Shown here: positions 18,601-30,360 of the stretch, piece after piece
Layout of the letters: every line of letters begins with the position of its first letter
Numbering within the stretch: the stretch's first letter is position 1
DNA from: Negativicutes bacterium
GTDB taxonomy: Bacteria > Bacillota > Negativicutes > UBA1444
Direction: 5' to 3'
DNA: 64,000 bases
NCBI GenBank assembly: GCA_963665275.2
Contig: CAXXIN010000018.1
Coordinates: 160,001 to 224,000, forward strand
Made by a program: the position numbers and the translations under genes
Notes under the pieces: model-generated
The model's input: only the letters and a program-made list of their open reading frames with translations
Databases searched by the model: none
What the model was told of the DNA's origin: nothing

Positions 18601-19905
18601 ATGAAATTGCACGGAACAATGCGGGTGAATAAAGCAGGACACCTGGAGATAGGTGGTTGTGATACTACAGAATTAGTGAAGGAATACGGCTCACCCCTGT
18701 ATGTAATGGATGAGTCCCTGATTCGCCAAAATTGCCGCAGGTATGTTGGTTCATTCCGATCCGCTTATCCTGATTCGGAAGTGATTTATGCCAGCAAGGT
18801 CTTTTCCACGCGTGCCATTTGCCGCCTGATGCAGGAAGAAGGCATGGGGTTGGATGTCGTATCGGCCGGCGAACTTTATACGGCTCTCAGTGTCAATTTT
18901 CCCGCGACCCGAATCTATTTCCACGGGAACAACAAGTCGTCGCAAGAACTGCAAATGGCGATAGAATCTGGAGTACACAGGATCGTTGCTGACAGTTTTT
19001 ATGAGCTTGAACTTTTGAACTCTATTGCCGCCGAACTGGGAAAAAAAGCCGATATTCTGCTCCGACTGTCTCCCGGCATTGATGCGCATACCCACCACTA
19101 CATCAAAACAGGCACGATTGATTCGAAGTTCGGTTTTTGTATTGCAAACGGACAGGCAATGGAAGCCGTATTGGCAGCTGAGGCGTATCCTTCGTTGGAA
19201 TTGTGGGGAGTTCACTGTCACATAGGATCGCAGATATTTGACCTGGAATCTTATGCTGAGGCCGCTCGGACAATGATGGCATTTGTTCGCGACATGTCGG
19301 TCACGACCGGCAAGCCTGTTCGGGAACTCGATCTGGGAGGCGGCCTGGGCATCTATTACTCGGCAGGTGATTCTCCGCAACAGGTGGAATTATATGCGGC
19401 CTGTGTTGCTGACACTGTGAAGGAATGTTGTTTGGATTTCGGACTCGCACAGCCGAAGATCATCGTGGAACCGGGTCGGTCGATCGTTGGCGAGGCTGGG
19501 GTGACTCTTTATACGATCGGTGCGATCAAGGACATTTCCGGCGTACGAAAATATGTGGCTGTTGATGGCGGTATGACTGATAACCCGCGTCCGGCGCTGT
19601 ATCAGGCAAAATATGAGGCGGCGCTGGCGAATCGCATGAATGAAACTGCCGTGGAAAAAGTATCCATAGCGGGAAAGTGCTGTGAGTCCGGTGATATGTT
19701 GATCTGGGACATTGAGCTACCTGCCGCGTGCTCCGGCGATATTCTCGCCGTCAATTCCACCGGCGCTTATAACTACAGCATGTCCAGCAACTACAATCGC
19801 AACCTCAAACCGGCTGTAGTATTCGTTAATGAAGGCAGGGCAAAACTGGTTGTCAAAAGGGAAACCTTCGAAGATCTTCTGCGTAATGATGTGCTGCCCG
19901 AGTAA
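18601..19905 (+). CDS. lysA: Diaminopimelate decarboxylase
   Basis: YGSPLYVMDE, YASK, HCHIGSQI, LDLGGG, EPGRS, CESGD, GAYNYSMSSNYN. Confidence 0.96.
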   Translation: MKLHGTMRVNKAGHLEIGGCDTTELVKEYGSPLYVMDESLIRQNCRRYVGSFRSAYPDSEVIYASKVFSTRAICRLMQEEGMGLDVVSAGELYTALSVNFPATRIYFHGNNKSSQELQMAIESGVHRIVADSFYELELLNSIAAELGKKADILLRLSPGIDAHTHHYIKTGTIDSKFGFCIANGQAMEAVLAAEAYPSLELWGVHCHIGSQIFDLESYAEAARTMMAFVRDMSVTTGKPVRELDLGGGLGIYYSAGDSPQQVELYAACVADTVKECCLDFGLAQPKIIVEPGRSIVGEAGVTLYTIGAIKDISGVRKYVAVDGGMTDNPRPALYQAKYEAALANRMNETAVEKVSIAGKCCESGDMLIWDIELPAACSGDILAVNSTGAYNYSMSSNYNRNLKPAVVFVNEGRAKLVVKRETFEDLLRNDVLPE

Positions 19906-19917
19906 CGCAGCATGGCT

Positions 19918-19946
19918 AAGACCTGCCGCGACAGGTCTTTTCTTTT
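19918..19946 (+). terminator. Intrinsic terminator after lysA
   Basis: AAGACCTG-CCGCGA-CAGGTCTT followed by TTCTTTT. Confidence 0.65.
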
Positions 19947-20020
19947 GCGTTCGGCATAGTTTCCGGGTATAATTAACGATGAGTATTGCCGTTATGGCGG
20001 CACAGCAAAGGAGGAACCCA

Positions 20021-20656
20021 GTGTTCGGTTTTGACATAGACATGGTATATCGGATACCCGCGTTAATAGCGGCAATGACTATTCACGAATATTCACATGC
20101 CCGGGCTGCTGTGGCGATGGGCGACCCCACACCACGATTCATGGGACGCCTGACATTGAACCCTATCCCCCATATTGATCCTATCGGTCTGTTGTTGCTA
20201 TTTGTTGCTGGGTTTGGCTGGGCCAAGCCGGTACAAATCAATCCCAGAAATTTTCGGGACGGTCGCAAAGGAACCTTCATCGTTTCTCTGGCTGGCGCCG
20301 GCTCCAATATCGCGTTGGGTTTCTTGGCGTGGTTTTTTTTGATGTTGCTCAGCCAGTTGAATTTGGTCGGCGAAGTCTGGCAAAAAACTCTCTGGCAACT
20401 GTATCGCTACAACCTGATGTTTGCGGTATTCAACTTGATACCTATTCCGCCGCTGGACGGTTCAAAGGTTCTAATGAGCCTGTTGCCGGGTCATTTGGCG
20501 TATCAGTATCAAAAAATCGAACCCTATGGGAATTATATTCTGATTGCGCTGGTGTTGATTCCAGGTCTCCTCAGCGTGATCGTGACGCCGTTTTTCCGTA
20601 TCGTTGAATTGTTGATCAGGGGAACCACCAGCCTTATATTGGGAATCGTACTGTAA
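20021..20656 (+). CDS. Site-2 protease (M50 family)
   Basis: HEYSH and FNLIPIPPLDG; GTG start after GGAGG. Confidence 0.92.
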   Translation: MFGFDIDMVYRIPALIAAMTIHEYSHARAAVAMGDPTPRFMGRLTLNPIPHIDPIGLLLLFVAGFGWAKPVQINPRNFRDGRKGTFIVSLAGAGSNIALGFLAWFFLMLLSQLNLVGEVWQKTLWQLYRYNLMFAVFNLIPIPPLDGSKVLMSLLPGHLAYQYQKIEPYGNYILIALVLIPGLLSVIVTPFFRIVELLIRGTTSLILGIVL

Positions 20657-20670
20657 GAGGAGCGGGTAAA

Positions 20671-21663
20671 ATGGTTAAAGGTCGTATTTTCAGCGGGATG
20701 CAGCCATCGGGTAATTTTCATCTTGGAAATTATCTTGGCGCACTGTCTAACTGGGTCAAATTGCAGCATGAGTATGAATGCTTCTTCTGTATCGTGGATT
20801 GGCACGCACTCACGTCGTCTTTCGAGGACCCGTCCCGGTTGCCGGAGTACACTCATAATATGGCTTTGGATTGGTTGAGTGCGGGTCTGGATCCAGAGAA
20901 AAACCGGATATTTATTCAGTCTCATGTTAAAGAGCATGCAGAACTGCACTTGCTGTTATCAATGATGACACCACTGTCCTGGTTGGAGAGGGTGCCGACA
21001 TATAAAGACAAGCTTCAGCAATTGGGCGACCAGGGAAAAGATATCAATACTTATGGATTCCTCGGCTATCCGGTCTTGATGACGGCTGACATCATCCTTT
21101 ACAAAGCGGACACCGTGCCGGTCGGTGAAGACCAGCTGCCGCACCTGGAGTTGGCGCGCGAAATGGTCCGCCGTTTCAACTTCATCTATAAGCAGGATGT
21201 GTTTCCGGAGCCGAAGGGATACATCGGCGCCGCGCCGGTAGTCCCGGGTATCGATGGACGCAAAATGAGCAAATCCTATGGAAATGAGATCGCGTTTGCT
21301 GCGAGCCCGGATGAACTGCGGTCACGAGTACGCATGATGATTACCGATCCACTGAGGATCAAACGGACTGATCCGGGTCGCCCGGAGGTCTGCCCCGTAT
21401 TCACTTTTCATAAACTCTACAGTGCGGATGAACTGGGCGGAATTGAGACCCAATGCCGTTCGGCAGGCATTGGTTGCGTTGATTGCAAAAAAAGACTGGC
21501 CGAGCATATGGTGGAGGCTCTTGCTGATATTCACCACCGCCGACAGGACTGGGCAGGGCGCCCCAATGACGTGAAAGATATCCTGAAAGACGGTGCTGAC
21601 AGGGCTCGCGAAACCGCCCGGGCGACGATGGACCAGGTTCGTTCCGTCCTGCATATGGGATGA
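20671..21663 (+). CDS. trpS: Tryptophan-tRNA ligase
   Basis: SGMQPSG..HLGN, GEDQ, KMSKS. Confidence 0.97.
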   Translation: MVKGRIFSGMQPSGNFHLGNYLGALSNWVKLQHEYECFFCIVDWHALTSSFEDPSRLPEYTHNMALDWLSAGLDPEKNRIFIQSHVKEHAELHLLLSMMTPLSWLERVPTYKDKLQQLGDQGKDINTYGFLGYPVLMTADIILYKADTVPVGEDQLPHLELAREMVRRFNFIYKQDVFPEPKGYIGAAPVVPGIDGRKMSKSYGNEIAFAASPDELRSRVRMMITDPLRIKRTDPGRPEVCPVFTFHKLYSADELGGIETQCRSAGIGCVDCKKRLAEHMVEALADIHHRRQDWAGRPNDVKDILKDGADRARETARATMDQVRSVLHMG

Positions 21664-22379
21664 GCACCGAAGATTACAATATCAAGTTGGAAGCGTTTGA
21701 AGGGCCGATGGCCCTTCTGCTCCATCTGATCGAAAAGAACCGCATTGATATTTATGATATTCCAGTTGCGGCGGTTGCTGAACAGTATCTCGCTTATTTG
21801 CGGGCCTGGACGGAATTCAATATTGAAGTGGCGACAGAATTTCTCACTATGGCTTCGACGCTGCTGCTGATCAAATCTCGGATGTTGTTGCCGAAACCGG
21901 TGAAACTGGAAGAGACGGATGCCGCTGAAGAAGAAGACCCCCGCGCCGCACTGGTCGAAAAATTGATCGAGTACCGACGGTATCGGGAAGCGGGGGATTC
22001 CCTGCAACAACTGCTGCGGCTTCGCCGTCAATACATTCATCGGATGCCACAGGTGTTCACCTTGGAAAGGGCGTTGCCCCAAGGGCTGACGATTGAGGAT
22101 TTGCTGGCGGCATTTTCGGCCCTGTGGGAAACTGTAGCAGAAGAATTCCGTACAATCGCACGCGAAGAGGTTACTGTTCAAGACAAGATGACAGATATTC
22201 TGGGCATTCTGGAGTCCTTCCAGGGACAGATGGAGTTTCGCCAAGCTCTGAAGCGAGCGGGATCAAAAACTGAAATGGTCAGCACGTTTTTGGCTATTTT
22301 GGAACTGATTCGCCTGCGCCGTATCCGGGTCCGGCAGGCAGAAACCTTTGGCCCGATATTCCTGACATGGAGGGAATGA
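21660..22379 (+). CDS. scpA: Segregation and condensation protein A
   Basis: FEGPMALLLHLI, IKSRMLLP, TFLAILEL. Confidence 0.95.
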   Translation: MSTEDYNIKLEAFEGPMALLLHLIEKNRIDIYDIPVAAVAEQYLAYLRAWTEFNIEVATEFLTMASTLLLIKSRMLLPKPVKLEETDAAEEEDPRAALVEKLIEYRRYREAGDSLQQLLRLRRQYIHRMPQVFTLERALPQGLTIEDLLAAFSALWETVAEEFRTIAREEVTVQDKMTDILGILESFQGQMEFRQALKRAGSKTEMVSTFLAILELIRLRRIRVRQAETFGPIFLTWRE

Positions 22380-22385
22380 AAAAAT

Positions 22386-22931
22386 ATGTTTTATCAGCAC
22401 CTGAAAGGACCAATGGAAGCGATGCTCTTTGCCGCCGGCGATCCGATGAAACCGGAGCGCCTGTCAGAGTTGCTGGATATACCGCTGGATCATGTCGCAG
22501 AGATGCTGCAGGAGCTACAGGCGGATATGGACCGGCCTGAACGCGGGTTGTGCCTGTTGCAGGTAGCCGGCGGGTTTCAGATGTGCGCCAAGCCGGAGCT
22601 GGCATCCGTGGTCGAAAAACTGGCTATGCATCAGGATGCACGCCTATCGCCGGCTGCCATGGAAACCTTGTCTATCATTGCTTTCAAACAACCGGTAACT
22701 CGGCAGGAAGTCGAGTATATCCGGGGCGTGCAGTCAGATGGTGTCATCAATACCTTGGTGGAACGTCGGCTAGTTAAAGAGGTCGGACGCAAGGACACCA
22801 TCGGACGGCCGCTTCTTTTCGGGACGACCGAGGAGTTTTTATGCTGCTTTGGACTCAACAGTCTGGAAGAACTGCCGACCTTGCCGGAGGCGGAAATCCT
22901 GCCGGAGACCTCGGGGCTCGACGAAGTATGA
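22386..22931 (+). CDS. scpB: Segregation and condensation protein B
   Basis: ETLSIIAFKQPVTR, IRGV, GRPLLFGTT. Confidence 0.95.
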   Translation: MFYQHLKGPMEAMLFAAGDPMKPERLSELLDIPLDHVAEMLQELQADMDRPERGLCLLQVAGGFQMCAKPELASVVEKLAMHQDARLSPAAMETLSIIAFKQPVTRQEVEYIRGVQSDGVINTLVERRLVKEVGRKDTIGRPLLFGTTEEFLCCFGLNSLEELPTLPEAEILPETSGLDEV

Positions 22932-23700
22932 GTACAGAACGACTGCAGAAAATCATCAGCGCGGCAGGACTCACGTCTCGTCGTCAGGCGGAAGAGTGGA
23001 TCGTTGCCGGCCGGGTATCGGTCAATGGGCAAGTGGTCCATGAGCTGGGCGTGAAAGCAGACTGGGAAAATGACCGGATCGAAGTGGACGGACAGCCTGT
23101 GACTCGTGTGGCGGCAAAGTATATTTTGTTGAATAAACCCTACGGAGTTATTACTTCGCTGCATGACCCGGAGGGACGAAAAACGGTTGCTGATATTGTT
23201 GCCGCCGAAGGAATCGCCGACCGTGTTTATCCGGTAGGTCGTCTTGACTACGATACCGAAGGCCTTTTGCTACTGACGAATGATGGTAAGTTGACCCAGA
23301 GACTGTCACACCCCAGCTTTGAGGTTGACAAGGAATATGCGGCCGACGTGGAAGAATGTCCGACGCCACAAATGTTGAAGTCGCTGGCCCAGGGAATCCT
23401 GTTAGCTGATGGCATGACCGCTCCGGCGCAGGTTTCACCGCCTGTAATTGCGGAAAATGGTTTCTGGCGTTTGCGTATTGCCATCCATGAAGGCCGGAAC
23501 CGTCAGGTTAGGCGAATGTTGGAAGCTGTCGGGCTGCGTGTCAGGCGACTTGGGCGCGTACGGTATGCTTTTTTGACGTTGGATGACTTGGCTACAGGTG
23601 CTTGTCGGCAACTGTCGGACAAAGAGATCACCGAACTGAAGCTGCTGGCGCTCGGTGGAGCGCAATCCGCGAAAATCCAGAGCGAAAGGATGGGGTCAGC

Positions 23701-23704
<4 letters not shown>
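22928..23704 (+). CDS. rluB: rRNA pseudouridine synthase (RluB/RsuA family)
   Basis: S4 domain ERLQKII..SRR, GRLDYDTEGLL, EGRNRQVRRM. Confidence 0.92.
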
Positions 23705-25005
<1,301 letters not shown>

Positions 25006-25009
<4 letters not shown>

Positions 25010-25687
25010 AGCAGAATGTGATCGCAATCGATGGACCGGCAGGAGCCGGCAAAGAGCACTGTGGCAAAAAAAGTAGCTGCAGCGTTGAACTTTGTCTACA
25101 TTGATACCGGGCGCTATGTACAGGGCCGTGACGAGCCGTGTTCTCGCCATGGGACTGGATGAGACCGATACAGTTGAAATCGTCAAACTGGCTGGCAAAG
25201 TCAACATTCGTTTAAAGCAAGAAGCGGGTGGAGTGAGAGTCTTGGCGGATGGAACTGATGTAACGGAAGAGATCCGAAATCCTGCTGTGACAGCAGCCGT
25301 TGCGGCGATATCGCAAGTGCCGGCCGTTAGGCAAGCCCTGGTGAGAACGTCCAGCAGGAAATGGCTGAGGCGGGCAAAGCTGTACTGGATGGGCGTGATA
25401 TAGGGACTGTTGTGATTCCGGAGGCTTGCGCGAAAATTTTTCTCACGGCATCACCGGTGGAACGAGCCCAGCGTCGGTGGATGGAACTAAGGAAAAAGGG
25501 TTACGAACCTGATTTGCAGGTGCTGCAGGCAGAAATGGAAGACCGGGACCGAAAAGACATCGAACGCGAGCTTGCACCCCTGCAACAGGCGGAAGATGCC
25601 GTTCTCGTGGACACGACAGGTCTTTCCATTGACTCTGTAGTGGAGAGAATTATCGAAATCTATCGTGCACGGTGTAACAATGTATAA
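25006..25687 (+). CDS. cmk: Cytidylate kinase, frameshifted
   Basis: IAIDGPAGAGK, YIDT/GAMYRA, LDGRDIGTVV, KIFLTAS spread over several frames. Confidence 0.9.
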
Positions 25688-26282
25688 ATTCATTTTTGGC
25701 ACTGTCGGAGTGGTTCTTTTATTTTTATTTCGCTTCGTTTTTCGCTGGCGCATCTCGGGTTTGGAGACACATTCCTCCCGGCGGAGCGGTTCTGGCCGCC
25801 AATCATCAGAGTTTTTGGGACATTCCCCTGATCGCCCTGTCAGTGCACCGGCGCGTTCATTTCATGGCCAAGGAAGAACTTTTTCAAGGTTTCCTGTATT
25901 TGGTTCGACTATTCGCTCTGTGTTGGCATTTCCAGTCAAAAGAGGCGCTCCTGACCGTGCGGCTATCCGTCACGCGATTGAAAAATTGCAGGAAGGTGAC
26001 CTGGTAGTGATTTTTCCTGAAGGGACGCGGAGTAAGACCGGTAAGATGGGAAAATTCGAACCTGGCGCGGCACTGATTGCGATGAAGGCAGGAGTGCCGA
26101 TGGTTCCGAGCGGAATTATCGGCACCGACCGGATTCTGCGTAAGGGCAGTTTTTTTTCCGCGTATAGAAATACATTTTGGACAACCGATTCCCACGATTC
26201 CGGCAGTCAATGGCGAGGGCAAGAAAACGCTGGAGGAAATTGGGCTGGCGGTACGATCATCACTCGAAAAAATTCTGAATAG
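25680..26282 (+). CDS. plsC: 1-acyl-sn-glycerol-3-phosphate acyltransferase, frameshifted
   Basis: NHQSFWD, FMAKEELF, FPVKRG, IFPEGTRS in alternating frames. Confidence 0.88.
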   Translation: MYKFIFGTVGVVLLFLFRFVFRWRISGLETHSSRRSGSGRQSSEFLGHSPDRPVSAPARSFHGQGRTFSRFPVFGSTIRSVLAFPVKRGAPDRAAIRHAIEKLQEGDLVVIFPEGTRSKTGKMGKFEPGAALIAMKAGVPMVPSGIIGTDRILRKGSFFSAYRNTFWTTDSHDSGSQWRGQENAGGNWAGGTIITRKNSE

Positions 26283-26481
26283 AATATCATAAAAAAAATT
26301 TCAGAATATAACAGGACTTTGCTATGAGCTGACGAATATACAAAGTATGCAAGTCATTTGTTCTTGTGGAGAATACTTCACAAGCCGAGTGAAGGAAGAA
26401 TATTTAGAAGAGGGGGGAAGAATAAGAACACAGTTCCAGGGCGACGGGGGGTCGCCAAATCTATGAAACAGGGGTGAAATA

Positions 26482-28376
26482 ATGAATTCAGTCTATCTAT
26501 TGATCACAGCAACCTGTGCCTTTGTTCTAGCCTATCGGTATTATTCAGCTTTCATTGCCGCCAAAGTTCTAATGCTCAGCGACCTGAATGAAACTCCTGC
26601 TTACCGTTGCAACGACGGTCGTGAGTTTATCCCCATGAACAAGTGGGTATTGTTCGGTCACCATTTTGCCGCGATTGCCGGCGCCGGCCCTCTGGTCGGC
26701 CCCGTTTTGGCAGCACAATGGGGTTGGGGCCCTGGTTTCATGTGGATTATGCTCGGTTCCATCTTTGCTGGCGCCGTACATGACTTCATCATCCTGTTTG
26801 CCTCCGTCCGTCACAACGGACAAGGCCTGGCGATCATCGCCCGCCGGGAAGTGGGACCTGTCACAGGTGTAACTACTTCATTGGCGATCCTCTTCATTAT
26901 CGTTATCGCCATGGCTGGTTTGGCCATCGTCGTTGTCAACGCGATGTTCCAAAATCCATGGGGAACCTTTACTTTGTCAATGACCATTCCTGTGGCGATT
27001 GTTATCGGTCTATGGATGTTTAAAATCTCCCCGGGCGCCATCCGATCCGGTTCCATCGCAGGTTTCCTGATGGTTCTCGGTTGCGTGGCAACAGGCGCCT
27101 GGCTGATGCCTGGCGGAATTTGGGAAGGCTTGGCTCCGATTTTCACCCTTTCCAAACAGCAACTTGCCATCGCCTTGCCGACTTACGGCTTCTGCGCAGC
27201 AGTACTGCCGGTCTGGCTCTTACTGGCCCCGCGTGATTACCTGAGTTCCTACATGAAGATCGGCACGATTGGACTGTTGGCTTTCGGCATTCTCGTGGTC
27301 ATGCCGTCGATTCAATTCCCGATGATGCCAGCCGCTATGTTGGCTGGCGGCGGCCCGATCATTCCCGGACCCGTGTGGCCGTATATGTTCATTACGATCG
27401 CCTGCGGCGCGATTTCCGGCTTCCACTCTCTGATCAGTTCTGGGACGACACCGAAAATGCCTGCAAAAAGAATCTGAAGCTACCATGATTGGCTACGGCA
27501 GCATGTTGGTCGAAGGATTTGTCGCGGTCATGGCCCTGATTTCAGCCGTTGTACTCGCACCTGGCGATTATTTCATCATCAACACACCTGCAGCGGTATG
27601 GGCGAAAGTCGCACCTTTCTTCCCGACTGTTGAAGTTCCAACAACTTTCTCAACTGGTACAGATGGACGTTCGTCATCGTCCGGGCGGCGCGGTATCCCT
27701 CGCCGTTGGCATGGCGCACATTTTCTCCAGTATCGGCGGCATGAAGCACATGATGGCGTACTGGTATCAGTTCGCGATTATGTTCGAAGCCCTGTTCATC
27801 CTGACCACGATCGATGCCGGTACCCGTGTCGGTCGTTACATTCTGCAGGACGTAGTCGGAACCTACTTCTGGCCCAAGTTTAAGGAAACCAGCTGGGTTC
27901 CCGGCTCGTTGCTCGCAGCTTTCATCGTCAGCTTCTCTTGGGGCTATCTGCTCTATAGCGGCGACGTCGCTACCATTTGGCCGCTGTTCGGCGCTGCCAA
28001 TCAATTGTTGGCTGTTATTGCGCTGGCTCTCAGTGTGACTGTCGTTCTGAAGATTGCCAAACCGGAAAAACGCATCGCTTATGCGATGGTTCCCGGAGCA
28101 CCATTGGCGTTCCTGACAGTTACCGTTATTGCAGCGGCTTCAATGAACGTTAAATTGTTCTTTGGACTGGGTACCACGTTAGGCATGATTAATGCCGTGG
28201 TCAGTATCATTCTGCTAGCACTGGTAGTCATCACTTTGTTTGATTGTATCCGTGGCTGGATGAGCATCTGCTCCAACCCGAAGATCGAAGGCATGAATAC
28301 GGAAATCAAGCATGTCTGTCTCTATGGCGAGACTGAAAAAAATGCCGGATGTTACTCCGTAATCAGCCCAGAGTAA
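26482..28376 (+). CDS. cstA: Carbon starvation CstA-family peptide/pyruvate transporter, frameshifted
   Basis: FGHHFAAIAGAGPLVGP, LLAPRDYLS, ACGAISGFH, GYGSMLVE, LTTIDAGTRVGR, WPLFGAANQLLA across three ORFs. Confidence 0.9.
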
Positions 28377-28385
28377 GCAATAAAG

Positions 28386-28423
28386 AAATACAAGAAGGCG
28401 CATGCGCCTTCTTGTATTTTTTT
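28386..28423 (+). terminator. Intrinsic terminator (perfect palindrome)
   Basis: AAATACAAGAAGGCGCA|TGCGCCTTCTTGTATTT followed by more T. Confidence 0.8.
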
Positions 28424-28482
28424 AGCTGGACTTTTCAGGTATAATGGAAAGCATAGAAAATGTTTGGAAAGGACAAACTTCC

Positions 28483-28763
28483 ATGCTGACAGTGACTGAA
28501 AAAGCGTTGGAGCATATCCAGTCGCGCGGACAAGCAGTTTTTCTTGAGATGCCCATTGTTATTCAGGGAGATATCACAATCTGTGAAAGTCCCGCTGTAC
28601 GATGGGGTCTACCGAAAAATCCGCAACATTACCAATCAATTGAGTGATCGATGGAATAGAAGTCTACATTCCGCATGATTTGCCGAAGATTCCCCTGCGA
28701 ATCACCGTAAGTCGTTTTCTGTGGATCAAATGGCTGGCTGTTGAAGGCTGGGCGTTGGCATGA
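28483..28763 (+). CDS. Small HesB/CC-Se-motif-like protein, one frameshift near 28643
   Basis: MLTVTEKALEHI...PAVRWGLPKNPQHYQ continues in the -1 frame as VIDGIEVYIPHDLP...KWLAVEGW. Confidence 0.6.
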
Positions 28764-28791
28764 CAATTATAAAAACTGGTTGGTGGTAAAA

Positions 28792-29130
28792 ATGAAGCAG
28801 TTTCACTATGACTTCGCAATGACAGAGACGGAAAAAATCGTGCATAAGGCATTGGTCAATATGCATGATAATGATTTGATCGCCAACGGGGCGATGTATC
28901 TGACGAATGAACGGCTGGTTTTTGTCGGCTACGTGCCGAATGAAAGGACCCGAGTGTTCTGTGAAGTTTCCCTGTACCATATCAAGGAAGTCAAACCGGA
29001 AAAGACCTTCTTAGTATTTAACAACATTATCCGGATCATTGATATTCGCGATGAACAGTATAAGTTTATTGTGGACGATCAAAAGGTGTGGCTGGAGCAG
29101 ATCGACCTTCAGATCAAGGCGCTTGTGTAG
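28792..29130 (+). CDS. GRAM/PH-like domain protein
   Basis: GAMYLTNERLVF motif; ~112 aa. Confidence 0.7.
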   Translation: MKQFHYDFAMTETEKIVHKALVNMHDNDLIANGAMYLTNERLVFVGYVPNERTRVFCEVSLYHIKEVKPEKTFLVFNNIIRIIDIRDEQYKFIVDDQKVWLEQIDLQIKALV

Positions 29131-29515
29131 CAAAGGATGCGCGTGTTTTTTTCGACCACAGGCAAAAGAGCACGGCGCCATGAGTCAAGATGATAAAAGC
29201 GCCGTCAGCATTACTGATGGCCAAAAATGTCAAGATACCGAGCAAGCTTCCGATGCAGCAAAGGGCTATTCCGAGTAGACGGGCCCACCGTTTCATCCGC
29301 AATAAGCCGACAGCTGGAATGATGTAAAGTAAAAATGCAAAGATGCGAAGGGGTACGGCTTGCATATCTGCTTCAACCAGAGCAAAGTAAGCGGAAAATA
29401 AATTCGTCAAGGCCACGAGAAAAAGAAAAATACTGCTGGCGATCAGTCCGACTGACAGACGGGGATTTAATTTGCTAAACAGGCGAGTAAACAATGAGGG
29501 TCTGGTCTCTGACAT
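29114..29515 (-). CDS. Hypothetical membrane protein (~4 TM)
   Basis: Four hydrophobic segments; ATG after AAGGAAGG. Confidence 0.7.
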   Translation of the reverse strand: MSETRPSLFTRLFSKLNPRLSVGLIASSIFLFLVALTNLFSAYFALVEADMQAVPLRIFAFLLYIIPAVGLLRMKRWARLLGIALCCIGSLLGILTFLAISNADGAFIILTHGAVLFCLWSKKTRASFATQAP

Positions 29516-29727
29516 ACTTATCAATTTCCTTCCTTTTAATGTTTCGTTATCATTATAATCATTTATTGCGCTAATGACTATCCGTATTTTTGGATGAAGG
29601 GGACATGGGGGAGAATAATTGCAAGTCAGCGGTCGGCGACCTGCTGCTTGAAATGGTTTCTGCATGCCCTGTTTTGAGTATGGTTGTGATATAATATGAA
29701 ATACTATCAATGTTTGGAGGCTATCGG

Positions 29728-30312
29728 GTGGGTGACATAACCGCGTTATTGTTGGAATGGGGATTATATGGCCTGATCGTAGCGACGTTTACAGAGGCCT
29801 TTATTTCTCCCATTTTACCAGATATTATTTTGATTCCGTTGATGTTGGCCGCACCCAAGGATGCACTTTATCTGGGCGCAGTGGCAACGGTTGTTTCGGT
29901 GCTTGGCGGCTTTGTTGGGTATGGCATAGGGCATAAGCTGGGAGCGCCTGCCGCCCGCAAACTGATTCCTGCCAAATATCTGGATAAAATTGAAGGCTAT
30001 TTGCAGGATAATGCAAAGTGGGCTATTTTTTTGGCGGCTGTGGCGCCCATACCTTATAAATTCGTCAGCATTAGCGCTGGCGCCTTTCGAGTTAATCTGA
30101 CTATTTTTGTGTTGATATCCATAGTCGCCCGTGGCAAACGATTTTTGTTGCCGGCGATGTTCATTTATTTTTTGGGGCCAAGTGCGCAAGAATTTTTGTC
30201 CCGGTATTCTGACAAAGCGATGTGGGGAAGTGTGGCTGCTTTGGCTATTATCGGGGTGGGTTATTATTTATATCGCCGGCAAAAAAGGAACACCCTCTCC
30301 AATCTAAGTTGA
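29728..30312 (+). CDS. YqaA/DedA (VTT domain) membrane protein
   Basis: FTEAFISPILPD, SVLGGFVGYGIG, PIPYK, ARGKRF. Confidence 0.88.
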   Translation: MGDITALLLEWGLYGLIVATFTEAFISPILPDIILIPLMLAAPKDALYLGAVATVVSVLGGFVGYGIGHKLGAPAARKLIPAKYLDKIEGYLQDNAKWAIFLAAVAPIPYKFVSISAGAFRVNLTIFVLISIVARGKRFLLPAMFIYFLGPSAQEFLSRYSDKAMWGSVAALAIIGVGYYLYRRQKRNTLSNLS

Positions 30313-30360
30313 AATTAGGAAACTGGTAATTATATTCCAGAACTTACCAAGGGGGCCAGA

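Noticed and set aside
28645-28647. TGA in the HesB/CC-Se-like gene as a selenocysteine codon
   Set aside because: The protein-like continuation is in the -1 frame rather than in frame, and the TGA is not at the motif position; a 1-bp deletion explains it.
29622-29650. GC-rich hairpin in a divergent intergenic region
   Set aside because: Single hairpin with no U-tract or recognisable motif; insufficient support.
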